DNA of 25,750 nt from Chiloscyllium plagiosum (GCF_004010195.1 NC_057720.1:12916051-12941800), one strand, 5' to 3'; counted from the first letter of the stretch, positions 1 through 11,757 are shown. A program made the numbers and translations. The notes: generated from the letters alone by a model not told the origin.

Positions 1-250
1 CCAGAACTCTATCAACAACAACATTGATTTGGACTCTATTTAACACCCCCTTAGAAAAAGAACAGGAAATGAAATCACCATAGGAAGTGACATCACCACT
101 GGATATGACATCATCAACCCACGGAAACCTAAACATATAAATAGAAAGCAGGAAACCTAGCCTGAAGGTGGTGACAAGATGTCTGAAAATGAACTTTCTA
201 GCTCAGCGAGCAAACTTACACCCAGAACCTCAACCTGAACTACAAATCTT
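1..250 (+). mobile_element. Penelope-like element 3' end/pLTR (family C), HHR region internally deleted
   Basis: Starts with NSINNNIDLDSI*HPLRKR, resembling a PLE GIY-YIG C-terminus. Homologous to 13625-13857 and 19988-20155 (shared gctcagcgagcaaac..acatccagaa..caacctga.ctacaaatctt). Confidence 0.75.
65..118 (+). repeat. 3 x 18-bp tandem unit (GGAAATGACATCACCAxx) inside the pLTR
   Basis: ggaaatgaaatcaccata / ggaagtgacatcaccact / ggatatgacatcatcaac. Confidence 0.8.
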
Positions 251-1890
251 GATAATGAGGGAGTCACGGAGGGAATGGTCTGTGTGGAATGTAGATAGGG
301 TGGGTTCTGATTGTAGGTAGTGGAAATGGTGGAGGATAATGCGCTGTGTCCAGATATTAGTGGAGTGGAAGGTGAGGACCAGGGTATTCTATCCTTGTTG
401 CAGCTGGAGAGTGGGGTTCAAGAGCGGAGGTGGGGAATGGGGAATAGGCAATGGGGGTGGTGGTTGGGAAGAGGTCTAATCCAGGTATCTGTGGGAGTTG
501 ATGGGTTTGAAATAGATGTGTGTTGTGTCAGTCATCAGAGATGGTGATGGAGATGGAGAGGCCCATTAAGGGGAAGGAGGTGTCCAAGATGGTCCAGATG
601 AACTTAAAGTTAGGGTGGAAGGTGTTAGTGAGGTTGATCAACTGTTCCACCACCTCCTTGGGAGCACAAGGTGGTGCTGATATAGTCACTAATGTAGCAG
701 AGGAAGAGATGGAGGATTGTGCCAGTGTAACTGTGGAAGATGGACTGTTCCACTTAACGAAGAGGCAGGCATAGCTGGGGCCTATGTAGATGCCCATGGC
801 TACCCCTTTGCTCTGAAGGAAGTGGGAGGATTTGAAGGAGAAGTTATTGAGGGTGAGGACTAGTTTGGCCAATTGAATGAGTGTGTAGGTGGAGGGGCAC
901 TAGTTGGGTCGGCAGGAGTGGAAGAAATGGAGGGCTTGGAGGCCTTCACCATGCTAGATGGATGTGTACAGGGATGGGATGTCCATGATAAAGATGAGGC
1001 ATTGGGGCAGGGAAACGAACCTCGTGGAGGGAGGGTGATGGTGTCCCGAATATATGTGGGGATCCCTGGAGCAAAGGGGACAGGATGGTGCCAAGATGTG
1101 AGGAGATAAGTTCAGTGGGGCAGGAGCAGGCAGAGACAATAGGTCGACCGAGGTATCCACAGTCAGGTTTGTGAATTTTGGATAAGAGTTAGAATCGGGC
1201 AATGTGGGGTTGCGGAATAATGAGGTTCAAGGCTGTGGATGGGAAATCCCCTCAGGCAATGACACTGTGGATGGTCTGGGAGGTGAGGTCATGGTCGAGG
1301 GGGCAGTAGGAGGAGGTATCTGAGTTAGCACCTGGCTTCAGCGGTGTAGGGATCGGTGCCCCAAACTACCACTGCGCACCCCCTTGTCCACTGGTTTAAT
1401 GGTGAGGTTGGGGTTGGAGTGGAGGGAGTGGAGCGCTGTGCTTTATGAAGGTGAGAGGTTGGAAGAGTAGGTGAGAGTGGTGGGCAGGCTGAGGCGGTCA
1501 GTACCATGGTGGCAGTTGGAGATGAAGAGATCGAGGGCAGGTTAGAGACCAGGATGGGGTATCCAAGAGGATGGAGTATGTTTGAGGCAGGAGAAGGGTT
1601 CTCAGAATGGGGTGGGAGCCATGATTGAAAGCATAGAAGCAGCAGAAGAAAAGTGCTATGTTGCAATGCAATGAAATTCGTTGACCCGGGAGCATAGTGC
1701 TATGAAGGTGAGACCTTTACTGTGGAGTGATCGTTTATCCTCAGTGAGGGGGAGATCCAGGGTGATGGTAAAAAGTCGGCAGGGCTGGGGGCTGGGGCCT
1801 GATGTAGACCTGGAGTTGGGAGTTGGGGTGGAGACTGTATCTGGAGTGGGGGTGGGGGGTGACATGGTCAGCGGAACTTCAGTGAGCACA
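251..1890 (-). mobile_element. Penelope-like element (family A), decayed N-terminal region and reverse transcriptase
   Basis: Minus-strand ORF pieces LTEDKRSLHSKGLTF, GCAVVVW, MDIPSLYTSI, LVLTLNNFSF..HFLQSKGVAMG..GPSYACLFV and TNTFHPNFKFIWTI are PLE RT motifs; many frameshifts and stops. Confidence 0.9.
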
Positions 1891-1895
1891 TGTGG

Positions 1896-2053
1896 GGGTG
1901 GCACAGTGGCCCACTGGTTCGCACTGCTGCCTCACAGTATCAGTGACCCGGGTTCGATTCCAGCCTTGGGGGTGACTATCTGTGGTGAGTTTGCACTTTC
2001 TCCCTGTGTCTGTGTGGATTCCCTCCAGGTGCTCTGGTTTCCTCTCCAATCCA
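1896..2053 (+). mobile_element. HE1-like V-SINE, 5' half
   Basis: tRNA head (A box tggcccactgg, B box ggttcgattcc) and V domain gagtttgcac..tctccctgtgtctgtgtgg..ccaaa; continues at 4436. Confidence 0.9.
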
Positions 2054-4438
2054 AAAATAAGAAAGGACTGATCACCTTGTTGGAATTGTATTCCAGACCC
2101 CCCTAATAGTCAGCAGACATTGAGAAACAAATTTGTGAGGAGATTTCAGTTATCTGTAAGAATAATAAGGTGGTTATGGTAGGGAATGTTAACTTTCCAA
2201 GCATGGACTGGAACTGCCATAAAGTTAAGGGTTTAGTTGGAAAAGCATAGACCAGACCTAAAAGTTGAAGGTCTAAATTGGAGAAAGGCCAGTTTTAACG
2301 GTATTAGGCGAGAACTTTCAAAAGCTGATTGCGGTCAGATGTTCGCAGGTAAAGGGACGGTTGGAAAATGGGAAGCCTTCAGAAATGAGATAACGAGAGT
2401 CCAAAGAAAGTATATTTCTGTTAGGATGAAAGGAAAGGCTGGTAGGTAAAGGGAATGCTGGATGATGAAAGAAATTGTGGGCTTAATTAAGAAAAAGAAG
2501 AAAAAGTAAGGTATAGACAGGATAGATCGAGTGAATCCTTAGCGTATAAAGTCAATAGGCGATAACTAAAGAAGGAAATCAGGAGAGCAAAAAGGGGACA
2601 TGAAATAACTTTGGCAAATAGAATTAAGGAGAATCCAAAGGGTTTTTACAAATACATTAAGGACAAAAGGGTAACTAGGGAGAGAATAGGACCCCTCAAA
2701 GATCAGCAAAGCGGCCTTTGTGTGGAGCCACAGAAAATGGGGGAGATACTAAACGAGTATTTTGCATCCTTATTTACAGTGGAAAAGGACGTGGAAGATA
2801 TAGAATGTAGGGAATAGATGGTGACATCTTGAAAAATGTCCATTTTACGGAGGAGGAAGTGCCGGATGTCTTGAAATATATAAAGGAGGATAAATCCCCA
2901 AGAACCTGATTAGGTGTACCCCAGAACACTTTGGGAAGCTAGAGAAGTGATTGCTGGGCTGCTTGCTGAGATATTTGTATCATCGATAGCCACAGGTGAG
3001 ATGCCACAAGAGTGGAGGTTAGCTAACGTGGTGCCACTGTTTAAGACGGATGCTAAGGACACATTAGGGAACTACAAACCAATAAGCCTGACGTCAGTAG
3101 TGAGCAAGTTGTTGGAGGGAATCATGAGGGACAGGATTTACATGTATTTGGAAAGGCAAGGACTGATTAGGGATAGTCAACATGGCTTTGTTTGTGGGAA
3201 ATCATGACTCTCAAACTTGATTGTTACTTCTTCAACAAAACTCAGAGGATTGATGAGGACAGAACGATGGATGTGATCTGTATGGACTTGAGTAAGGAAG
3301 TCTCCCATGGGAGACTCTTGAGCAAGGTTAGATCTTGTGGAATACAGGGAGAACTAGCCATATGGATACAGAACTGGCTTGAAGGTGGAAGACAGAGGAT
3401 GGTGGTGGAGGATTGTTTTTCAGACTGGAGGCCTGTGACCAGTGGAGTGTCACAAGGACCGGTGTTGGGTCCACTGCATTTTGTCATTATATAAATGATT
3501 TAGATGTGAGCATAAGAGATATAGTTACTACATTTGCAGATGATACCAAAATTGGAGGTGTAGTAGACAGCGAAGAAGGTTACCTCAGAGTACAATGGGA
3601 TCTTGATCAAGTGGGTCAATGGGCTGAGAAGTGGCAGATGGAGTTTAATTTAGATAAATGCGAAATGCTGCATTTTGGGAAAGCAAATCTTAGCAGGACT
3701 TGTACACTTACTGGTAAGATCCCAGGGAGTGTTGCTGAGCAACGAGACCTTGGAGTGTAGGTTCATAGCTCCTTGAAAGTAGAATAGCAGGTAGATAGGA
3801 TAGTGAAGTTTGGTATGCTTTCCTTTATAGTCAGAGCATTGAGTAGAGGAGTTGGGAGGTCATGTTGCGGCTGTACAGGATATTGGTAAGGCCACTTTTA
3901 GATTAATCCAAGCAATTCTGGTCTCCTTCCTATCGGAAAGATGTTGTGAAACTTGAAAGGGTTCAGAAAAGACTTACAAGGGTGTAGCCAGGGTTGGAGG
4001 ATTTGGGCTATAAGGAGAGGTTGAATAGGCTAAGGCTGTTTTCCGTGGAGCATCTGAGGCTGAGGGGTGACCTTATAGAGGTTTATAAAATCATGACTGG
4101 CATAGATAGGATAAACAGATAAGGTCTTTCACTGGGGCGGTGGAGTCCAGAACTAGAGGGTTTAGGGTGAGAGGGGAAAGGTATAAAAGAGACCTAAGGG
4201 GTAACTTTTTCAAGTAGAGTGTGGTACGTGTATGGAATGAGCTGCCAGAGGAAGTGGTGGAGGCTGGTACAATTGCAACACTTAAAAAGCATCTGGATGA
4301 GTATATGAATAGGAAGGGTTTGGAGGCATATGGGCTTGGTGCTGGTAGGTGGGACTAGATTAGGTTCAGATATTTGTTCAGCATGGACGGTTTGGACCGA
4401 AGGGTCTGTTTCTGTGCTGTACATCTCTTGACTCTATG
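2054..4438 (+). mobile_element. CR1-clade (HER1-like) LINE, 5'-truncated ORF2 (APE part, RT) and 3' tail; pseudogenised
   Basis: LLELYSRPP, WRKASFNGIR, IKENPKGFYKYIK, WRLANVVPLFK..NYKPISLTSVVSK, SGVSQGPVLGP, FADDTK; ends in an actctatg-type tail. Confidence 0.95.
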
Positions 4439-4620
4439 TGCAGATTAGGTGACTTGGCCAAGCTAAATTGCCCATAGTGTTCAGGGATGTGTAGGTTAGG
4501 TGTATTAGTCAGGGGTAAACATAGAGTAAAAGGTAGGGGAATGGGTCATTCTTTGGAGAGTTGGTCTGGACTTGTTGGGCCGAAGGGCCTGTTTCCACAC
4601 TGTAGGGATTCGATGGATTC
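4436..4620 (+). mobile_element. HE1-like V-SINE, 3' half
   Basis: atgtgcagattagg...gctaaattgccc...ggacttgttgggccgaagggcctgtttccacactgtagggattc; collinear with the intact copy at 16428-16750. Confidence 0.9.
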
Positions 4621-4621
4621 A

Positions 4622-5918
4622 TTCAGCCACACGGTGGATGTAACTCTGGTGGTAGTTTGACCCACAGACTCTCCACCGCTGGAATCAGGTGTCAACTCCC
4701 TCAGCTACCTGGACTACCCCACCTCCCACCACTCCTCCTGTGACAACATGATCCCTTACTCCCAAATCCACCACCTTTGCTGTATCTGCCTCCAGGAGGA
4801 GCAATTCCACACCAGGACATCTCAGATGGCCTCCTATTTCCAGGACCGCAATTTTCCTGCCCATGTGATCAACAATGCCTTCCCACTCATCTCCTCCACT
4901 TCTTGCACTTCTGCCCTCGAACCCCACTCCTCCAACTATAACACAGACAGAAACCCCCTGGTCTTCACCTTCCACCCCACTAATCTCCAGATACAGCGCA
5001 TTATCCTCTGCCATTTCCACCACCTACAATCAGACCCCATCACCAGAGACTTATCTCCCTCTCCACCCCTATCTTAATTCCACAGAGACCATTTCCTCTG
5101 TGACCCCCTGATTATGTCCACACCCCACACCAACCCACCCTCCACACCCAACACCTTCATTGCTGTCTCAAGAGATGTAAAACCTATACCCACACCTCCC
5201 CCCTCACCCCCCTCACCTCCCCCCAAGGGCTCAAAGGATCTTTTCATATCTGGCAGAGATTTTCTTGTACATCCACCCACCTTATCAACTCGATGCTCTG
5301 ATGTGATCTCCTCTACATCGGGGAGAGAGAACACCAGCTTGCAGAATGTGTCAGGGAAAATCTTTGGGACAAACTCATCCAACAACCCCAACACCCTGTG
5401 GCCGACCACTTCAATTCCCCCTCCCCCTCCACCAATGGCATGTAATCCTGGACCTCCTTCATCGCGAAATCCAAGTCACCCGACGTCTGGAGGAAGAACG
5501 TCTCATCTTCTGCCTCAGGACACTTCAACCACATGGCATCAATGTCAACTTCATGACTTTCCAAATTTTCCCTCCCCCACCTCATCCGAGATCCAAACTT
5601 TCAACTCAGCACCACCTTCTTGGCCTGTCCTACCTGTCAATCTTCCTTCCCACCTATCTGCTCCACCCACCCCACTGACCTATCACAACAACCTCCCACT
5701 TGCACCCACCTATAACCTTCCTAATTCCCATCACCCCAAGCCCCACTCCCACCCTCCTATTTATCTCTCAGCACCCATCACCCCCACATTCATAATGAAG
5801 GGCTTATGTCCGAAACATTAACTCTCCTGCTCCTCGGATGCTGCCTGACCTGCTGTGCTTTTCCAGCGCCACACTTTCTTACTCTGACTCTCCAGCATCT
5901 GCATTTCTTACTTTCTCT
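4622..5918 (+). mobile_element. Penelope-like element (family A), internally deleted; RT thumb, GIY-YIG and pLTR
   Basis: IPYSQIHHLCCIC, RNPLVFTFHP, RRLEEERLIFCLRTLQPHGINVNF; 3' pLTR with a degenerate HHR (taatgaagggcttatgtccgaaacatt) and gatgctgcctgacctgctgtgcttttccagc. Confidence 0.9.
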
Positions 5919-5920
5919 CA

Positions 5921-6097
5921 GACACCAGATTATAGTCCAACAGGTTTATTTGAAATTACAAGCTTTCAAAGCAAAACCCTTTCATCAGCCCCACTGCGCA
6001 AGTTTGTGATTTCAAATAAATCTCTTGGACCATAACCTGGTGTCATGTGACCCCTGTCTTTGTCCACCCCAGTTCAACATCGGCATCTCCTCACCAT
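5921..6097. mobile_element. PLE-derived fold-back remnant (family B)
   Basis: Inverted arms 5921-5964 / 6001-6044 (38/44 identical by eye); same family as 9201-9310. Confidence 0.75.
5960..5988 (-). ncRNA. Minimal hammerhead ribozyme core
   Basis: CTGATGA-aagggttttgcttt-GAA-AGCT-T; the palindromic helix III (AGCT) is typical of PLE dimeric HHRs. Confidence 0.6.
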
Positions 6098-6232
6098 GTC
6101 CAAGGTTAGAGTTACAAGCCCCATCTCAATCTGACTGCTTTGGTTATGGATTGTCTACTGCCCTCTCTCTTGGTTAGAGTTAGGTGTTTCAATACGTCAC
6201 TTTCACTGCACATGTACATAAAGTACATTTCT

Positions 6233-6545
6233 GAAAGAAAACACATCTTGTTGAAGTTAATCAGCCGTGTTTATTTGGACATTTGCAAGCCTGCAAAAGG
6301 GAACAACATTTTATAATGTATGAGAACAGAGTTCTGGTTAGTTGGCAACAGCAGAGACATTGCATGGAGAATGCACCAGTTAGATGATGATTGCAAGTTA
6401 ACGGCCAAGCTTTGTTTACATGTCAGTGAGGCAGATTGACTCTAATTGGTCAAGGCATTGCCCTGATGAATGCACTAGAGAATGGCTGTCATCTATTTTG
6501 TTAAGTTGATGGAAGCATTATGTGTGTGCATGATCTTTGTGACTT
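6233..6545 (-). repeat. Probable decayed PLE-derived 3' segment (family D-like)
   Basis: Reverse complement aacttcaacaagatgtgttttctttc resembles 22904-22930; weak similarity only. Confidence 0.35.
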
Positions 6546-6547
6546 GC

Positions 6548-7085
6548 AGTGGTGTTCCACAGGATTAATGTTGGATCTGTGGAACTGTTGCAGCTAACAA
6601 TCTTATCGAGATGTGCACATTGTAATGATCTGCATATTTCCGTATGATCCCAAGTTAACTGCAAGAGAGAGGACAGTAGACAATCTACAACTAAAACAGT
6701 CAGACCTCGATAGCGCTGGCCAATGATGCGTAATTTACAGACCGAACTGCTAGTGTTTATTTGACTGCTCACAGAACCGAGGAACCCCTCCTGTGGGTTG
6801 AGATCTTCATCGACAGGTTGTAAGTTGATTAATGGGTAAACAGGGGTCACGACACTAAGTTATTTAAGGCCAGAAGTCAAGTCATGATGGCACATTTCCC
6901 TGCAAAGTAATTCAATCATTTCTCAGCTCCATTCTTGGAGAGTTGTAGAATTATCTCCCTCGAAGAGCTGAGCAATTTCCCTGTGAATGTATTCAGCTCC
7001 CAGCACCTTCAAAGGCAGATTTGCTTTTACAGATAGCTGGCATGGACATGATGGGCTGAAATGCCTTCTTCTGCACTGCAACCAT
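6548..7085 (+). mobile_element. Very old CR1 fossil
   Basis: Begins with SGVPQGL (agtggtgttccacaggatta) and ends with the CR1-type tail ggcatggacatgatgggctgaa..cttctgcactg. Confidence 0.5.
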
Positions 7086-7244
7086 CCCACCTGTCTGCTC
7101 CATTTGCTCCAGCCGCCTGTATCCTCCTGAACTCTGTCACCAGCCTCCTCACTTCAAAGGCATTTCAAAACATTTGCAAACTTTGAAATTGTGCCTCCTC
7201 TTGTGTCCAAATTCCAGTCATTAATATTTTTCCTGAAATATAAC

Positions 7245-7420
7245 AATCAGAGTTGATGTTTTAGGTCCTTTGTTCTGAGGAAGTGTTGTGAGGAAGGGTC
7301 ACTGGACCTAAAGCATTAACTCTGATTTCTCTTCACAGATGCTGTCAGACCCGTTGTGCTTTTCCAGAAATTTCTGGTTTTGTTTCTGATTTACAGCATT
7401 CGCAGTTCTTTCGGTTTTTA
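7245..7420 (+). mobile_element. PLE-like pLTR remnant with degenerate HHR and short inverted 5' copy
   Basis: Inverted repeat 7245-7268 / 7304-7327 (22/24); tgaggaagggtcactggacctaaagcatt is HHR-like; cagatgctg.cagacc.g.tg.gcttttccag tail. Confidence 0.6.
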
Positions 7421-8419
7421 GATAGTGAGGTGGTAGTGACACCTACTGGTAGGACTGGGACACTGCAGTGTGACAGAGCATGTCAAGACAAAAAACTCAG
7501 AAACAAGATTCAGGGAAAGAGGTACTTCCTGATTAAACTGGAGGGCAGATAGATGGTGATCAATAATGATAATCAGAGGAATAATGCAAAAGGAAAAGTA
7601 GAAGGTTAAACATCACAGTAGAAATTACACATTTTCTATGTCAAATTGCTTTATAGTGCATTTAATTTAGAATGTAAAACCGTAAGACATAGAAACAAAA
7701 GTGGCCATTCAGCCCATCAAGGCTGCTCTGCATCCAATGAGGTCTCTGCAGTTGGGAATTTGTGGCGGTGAAACAGTTTTTCAGCAAGAGCAAGACGATA
7801 CGTCCCACCCCCTTCCTCAGGCCTGGTCTCCTTATCGTGTACTGAGTGCCTTTACACAGCAATCCCCTTGTTATCCAAGTTATCTTTGACACGGCCTTCT
7901 GCACTACGTGATCAATGTTAAATAAAGACAGCTGAGTCAACAGTGTTTGCTTGTTGCACTCCCTGAGTGGTGAGTTCCACCCTGGGATTAATACCAGTGA
8001 CAGCAACGTGAGACACCGAAACAAGCCCTCATCACCAAGATAAGGGGTTTTAATGATGGCTCCACAGGCATGTCATCCATCCACAGACATTCCTACCATC
8101 AACGTTAAGATGGAGGTAAGTGGGCAGTGGGTCTCAATCACTCTCCCACTGGATTAAATGCCCCCACTCCCACCACCAAAGATGCCACAAGGGAATGCAT
8201 TAAATTCCACCCTATGAGTCAGTTACTGCTTAGAGATAGTCTCTGAGGAGCAACATCTGCCCAATTCCAAGGGTTCAGAGGCCATTCATCATCCATTGCT
8301 GTGTGCGCACTTTTGACTGAGACCTTCAGATTCACAGCCCTGTCTCTGTCATCACTTATCCACGGTGCAGAGTAGAAGACTGTTGTGTTGTCTTCTAATG
8401 TGCTGATGTTGGGACACAA

Positions 8420-8436
8420 TCAGTGTATAAGTGGTT
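8420..8436 (-). CDS. Candidate terminal coding exon of unidentified host gene (EPLIH*)
   Basis: Acceptor tcaccctttcag; phase 1 matches the 8951-8989 exon; TGA at 8422-8420; lies in non-repeat sequence. Confidence 0.35.
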
Positions 8437-8565
8437 CTGAAAGGGTGATTGTTGCATACTGCATTAAGTTACACACAATCTGTTGATACCTTACAGGCAT
8501 GATTGGGGTAAAGCAGAACTTTTGAGGATCACATGGAGAGTAAGTTACATTCAATCTCTTCTCAG

Positions 8566-8841
8566 AGTGAGTTGCCCAGTGGTGAACACTGCTGCCTCAC
8601 AGCACCAGGGGACCTAGGTTCAATTCTAGCTTGGACAACTGTCTGTGGAGTCTACATTCTCCCAGTGTCTGTGTAGTTTCCCAGTGGATGTTGTGGTTTC
8701 CTGCCACAGTCCAAAGATATGCAGGTTATGTGGATTGACCATGGGGAATTGTCCATAGAGCCTAGGGGGTGTGCAGACCAAATGGATTAGCCATGGTAAA
8801 TGTGGGTTTATGAAGATACAGAAATTTGGATGGGATGCTCT
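8566..8841 (+). mobile_element. HE1-like V-SINE, diverged and 3'-truncated
   Basis: cactgctgcctcacagcaccagg..ggttcaattc; V domain ...ccacagtccaaagatatgcagg. Confidence 0.85.
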
Positions 8842-8950
8842 TATTATTATTGTAATAATGCCTAACAAACCCACATAATGTTCACTAATTGCTATCATGC
8901 AGTAAACTACATCTTGTTAAAGATAAAAGCTTTTTCTTGTTAAGACTTAC

Positions 8951-8989
8951 CCAGACACAGAAAGAGAAAATCTGGCAACATCCTTCCAC
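8951..8989 (-). CDS. Candidate 39-bp internal exon (G)GRMLPDFLFLCL
   Basis: tttatag|...TGG|gtaagt (consensus donor); phase 1 to 1. It abuts an old CR1 fossil, so it is uncertain. Confidence 0.4.
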
Positions 8990-9200
8990 CTATAAATACT
9001 ACAACTGCATGATCTTGATGGACAGGTAATCTTTACAATTACATTTTAAATAGCTACAGAAATTGGCAAAGGTAAATCAATGGTGAAAATTCCAAACTGA
9101 AAGAAGGTATCTTCAATGATTTAAGCAAGGATCTTCAAGATAACCAAACATTTGTAATCAAGAAATTTCTCAAAGCTATCTAGAAACTAAAAGAGTTTGA

Positions 9201-9310
9201 CCTGACAAAGAAGCAGCACTCAAAAAGCTTGTGATTTTAAATAAACCTGTTGGACTATAACCTGGTGTTGTGTGACTTCTGACTTTGTCCAACCTCGTCC
9301 AACACTGGCA
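9201..9310 (+). mobile_element. PLE pLTR remnant (family B), degenerate HHR
   Basis: cctgacaaagaagcagcactcaaaaagcttgtg...aataaacctgttggactataacctggtg matches 6001-6090. Confidence 0.75.
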
Positions 9311-9607
9311 TTGTTTTGAAATCCTCTTTCAAATGGCAGGGAATGTTTGCAGATGTTAGTATGGATTTACAGCAGGCATTTAATAACGTTCCTCACAGAA
9401 ATCTGTTGGTTAAAGTGGAAACTCATGGAATTGACAATTGACTTAGATAGGAAATTAGCTGAGCAGAAGGAGGCAAGCAGCAGGGATAACCTGCACGTAC
9501 TTTAATTGAGTTTGACAAGTGATGGTCCACAGGGAACGCACCGTTCACTGTAGTTGTTGACTTAGATGGAGAGTTTGCTTGCTGATGGCAGAAATATATG
9601 CTGCATA

Positions 9608-9870
9608 GTGGAAAGTTTAAGGGGGTTACATGCAGTAAGTACTTCACACAGAGGGTGGTGGGCGTTTGGAATGCATTGCCAGCAGAGGTGGTAGAGGCAG
9701 GCACGGTCGATTCATTTAAGATGCATCTGGACAGATGTATGAGTAGGTGGGGTGCAGAGGGATACAGATGCTTAGGAATTGACTGATTGGTTTAGACAGT
9801 ACATTTGGATCGGCTCAGGCTTGGAGGGCCGGAGGGCCTGTTCCTGGACTGTAAATTTTCTTTGTTCTTT
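9608..9870 (+). mobile_element. CR1-clade LINE 3' fragment (distinct subfamily)
   Basis: YFTQRVVGVWNALPAEVVEAG..FKMHLD; tail gagggcctgttcctggactgtaaattttctttgttcttt. Confidence 0.9.
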
Positions 9871-9995
9871 ATATAAGCCATTTAAAAGAAAAATATAATT
9901 ACAAACAAGTATTAATCAACAAAGTAAATTTGTAGCAAATGCATTTCAATGTAAGCAAATGTGAGGTCATCCAATTTGGATCTTAAAAGTACAAG

Positions 9996-10119
9996 GAGAA
10001 AGTGACGACTGCAGATGCTGGAGATCAGAGCTGAAAATGTGTTGCTGGAAAAGCACAGCAGGTCAGGCAGCATCCAAGGAACAGGAGAATCGACGTTTCA
10101 GGCATGAGCCCTTCTTCAG
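9996..10119 (-). mobile_element. PLE family A pLTR (solo fragment)
   Basis: Reverse complement of the 5790-5918 / 21597-21722 terminus. Confidence 0.9.
10092..10119 (-). ncRNA. Minimal hammerhead ribozyme core
   Basis: CTGAAGA-a-gggc-tcat-gcct-GAA-ACGT-C; GUC cleavage triplet and palindromic ACGT helix III. Confidence 0.7.
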
Positions 10120-10426
10120 CCTAATACACCCCATGAGTATTAGGCTGATGTATCAATTTGAAACGAAGCCTGCTGAGAATGAGTCTGGCTGCAGGACAGG
10201 AGTTGATTCCTCATTGGTTCTGATCTGTCTAGAGAGTCTCAGTGGCTCAGAGCACAGCCTTTTGCTTCAGGTTTTCACTTGTATTCTCCTGCTGAGGTAT
10301 CAGCACATTGTTTCTGTTGTCAGTTTTTTCAGTCATGTTGGCTTTCGGTGCCATTTTATTTCCTGGATGTTACTTTTTTTAACCAGTGTTTTTCTTTTCT
10401 CTTGTAATTTCAAAATCCTCCTCGGT

Positions 10427-11233
10427 TAGAGTAATAGAATTGTACAACACAGAAACAGACCTTTCACACCAACTCGTCCATGCCGACCAGATATCCTAAA
10501 TTAATCTAGTCCGATTTACCAGTACTTGGCCCATATCCCTCTAAATCCTTCCTATTCATATACCCATCCAGATGCCTTTTAAATGTTGTAATTGTACCAA
10601 CCTCCTCCACTTCTTCTGGCAGCACATTCCATACATGCACTACCTTCTGTATGAAAACGTTGTCCCTTAGGTCCCTTATAAATTTTTCCCCTCTCATCCT
10701 AAATCTATGCCCTCTGGTTCTGGACTCCCCTACTCCAGGGAAAAGACCCTGTCTATTTACCCTATCCAAGCCCTTCATGATTTTATAAACCTCTATGAGG
10801 TCACTCTCAGCCTCTGACACTTTCATGGAGAACAGTCTATTCAGCCTCTCCCTAGCAACATCCTTGTAAATCTTTTCTGAACCCTTTCAAGTTTCACAAC
10901 ATCTTTCCGATAAAAAGGAAACCAGAATTGCACACAATATTCCAAAAGTGACATAACCAATGTCCTGTACAGACGCAACATGACCTCCCAACTCCTGTAC
11001 TCAACACACTGACCAATAAAGGAAAGCATACCATCACTATCCTATCTACAAGCGACTCCACTTTCAAGGAGTTATGAACCTGCACTCCAAGGTCTCTTTG
11101 TTCAGCAACACTCCCCAGGACCTTACCATTAAGTGTATAAGCCCTGCTCTGATTTGCCTTTCCCAAAATGCAGCACCTTGTGTTTATCTAAATTGAACTC
11201 CATCTGCCACTCCTCAGCCCGTTGGCCCATCTG
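10427..11233 (-). mobile_element. CR1/HER1-like LINE 3' fragment inserted in the RTE fossil
   Basis: LYRTLV..LEYCVQFW, DLIEVYKIMKG..TRGH..WNVLPEEV; flanked by CGGT at 10423-10426 and 11234-11237 (likely TSD). Confidence 0.95.
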
Positions 11234-11532
11234 CGGTAACCTTCTTGGCTGTTGTCTGTATGAAATGTTACCATCCACATTCGAAAAGCCTCAATATTTT
11301 CCATTATTGCTTATTTTCCAAATTGCTGAGACTACAGAAAAGTGGATCGAATGCAGCATTTTATGAGCTTCTTTTTTGTTGCAACCTTAAGTTTTCTTGT
11401 TGTTAACACATCCTTCACTTTCACAAAGTTGCTCTATCTTCTGCACAACACATCTGCGATCTATTATCATTTGTCCAAAATAGATAAATGTATATCCTTG
11501 TTTAAGTGCGACACCATTCACTTTAGTATTTA

Positions 11533-11757
11533 TTTTAATTTCTTCTAAGCAACCCCTTCATTAGCTCAGTTGGCGAAATGATTGGTTTACAATGCAGTTT
11601 GGGTTCAATTCTAGTGCTGGTTGAGGTTTCTGTGAAGGATTCTCCTTTTCAACCTCTCGCTTCACCTGAGGCATCTTGATCCTCAGGTTAAAGTCCCACC
11701 AGTTCTTTCTGTCTAATGAGAAAGCAGCCCTCTGAGACTATGACAACTTTATGATTT
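11533..11757 (+). mobile_element. tRNA-derived SINE (non-HE1 family)
   Basis: A box tagctcagttgg, B box ggttcaattct; interrupts the RTE fossil. Confidence 0.7.

Larger units (their letters stand above)
9000..9995 (+). mobile_element. Old CR1 RT fossil interrupted by younger inserts
   Basis: IATEIG, MDLQQAFNNVPHRNLLVKVETHGI and QMHFNVSKCEVIQFG remnants. Confidence 0.6.

Noticed and set aside
5114..5821. 235-aa Pro/Ser-rich ORF (also 21146-21835)
   Set aside because: Off-frame reading of C-rich PLE sequence; the true GIY-YIG motifs are in other frames.
8219..8419. 66-aa minus-strand ORF
   Set aside because: It has a TTG start and follows the in-frame TGA of the candidate last exon, so it is more likely 3' UTR.
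9054..9071. Possible 18-bp plus-strand microexon (tag|CTACAGAAATTGGCAAAG|gtaaat)
   Set aside because: It lies in an old CR1 fossil (IATEIG motif) and has no supporting gene context.
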